This document shows, in pieces, positions 31,986 through 32,000 of a DNA stretch of 32,000 bases. The notes beneath the pieces are model-generated. The model worked only from the letters and a program-made list of their open reading frames with translations. It had not been told where the DNA came from and did no database searches. This DNA is from Rhabdaerophilum calidifontis (GTDB lineage: Bacteria > Pseudomonadota > Alphaproteobacteria > Rhizobiales > Beijerinckiaceae): positions 22,206 through 54,205 of the forward strand of contig NZ_VTRS01000012.1 of NCBI RefSeq assembly GCF_008641065.1, in the 5' to 3' direction. How positions within the stretch are numbered: the stretch's first letter is position 1; each line of letters opens with the position of its first letter. Made by a program: the position numbers and the translations under genes.

Positions 31986-32000
31986 AGCCCGGCTTTCAAG

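Overview
Visibly GC-rich DNA that looks alphaproteobacterial. All family names come from motifs I recognise by eye, since no database search was possible. Positions 1 to about 27740 are the late (packaging, head, tail, lysis) half of a siphovirus-type prophage. Nearly all of it is on the + strand, with tightly packed or overlapping genes (ATGA, GTGA, TTGA and TGATG junctions). In order it contains:

- a 5'-partial C5 DNA methyltransferase whose motifs are split between two reading frames
- a small membrane protein
- a leftward accessory islet: a ParE/RelE-Phd/YefM toxin-antitoxin pair with a palindrome-flanked promoter, a DUF3489-like protein and a 73-aa protein
- terS, GpA-type terL, gpW and a lambda-type portal
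- a prohead protease-major capsid fusion, a DUF2190-like protein and connector genes
- a tail tube gene with an inserted domain
- a G/GT tail chaperone with an A_AAA_AAC -1 slippery site
- an 1118-aa tape measure
- RcGTA g12-g15-like distal tail genes, including an extra stand-alone paralogue of the g15 N-terminal module
- three distal genes of unknown or fibre-like function
- a TM plus coiled-coil lysis-type protein and a TIGR02594-type peptidoglycan hydrolase

The hydrolase 3' end is replaced by the 3' part of an IS110-family transposase gene. Next comes an inverted, 3'-truncated IS3-family element (orfA/orfB with a G_GGA_AAC slippery site). That element interrupts a rhomboid protease gene next to a 12-nt G/C homopolymer. 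The right end holds host-type genes on the - strand: an NDUFS4-like protein, HdeD/DUF308 and a sigma-70 region-4 protein. I found no rRNA, tRNA, CRISPR array, integrase or att site. The many long antisense ORFs in the track are GC-driven shadow ORFs.
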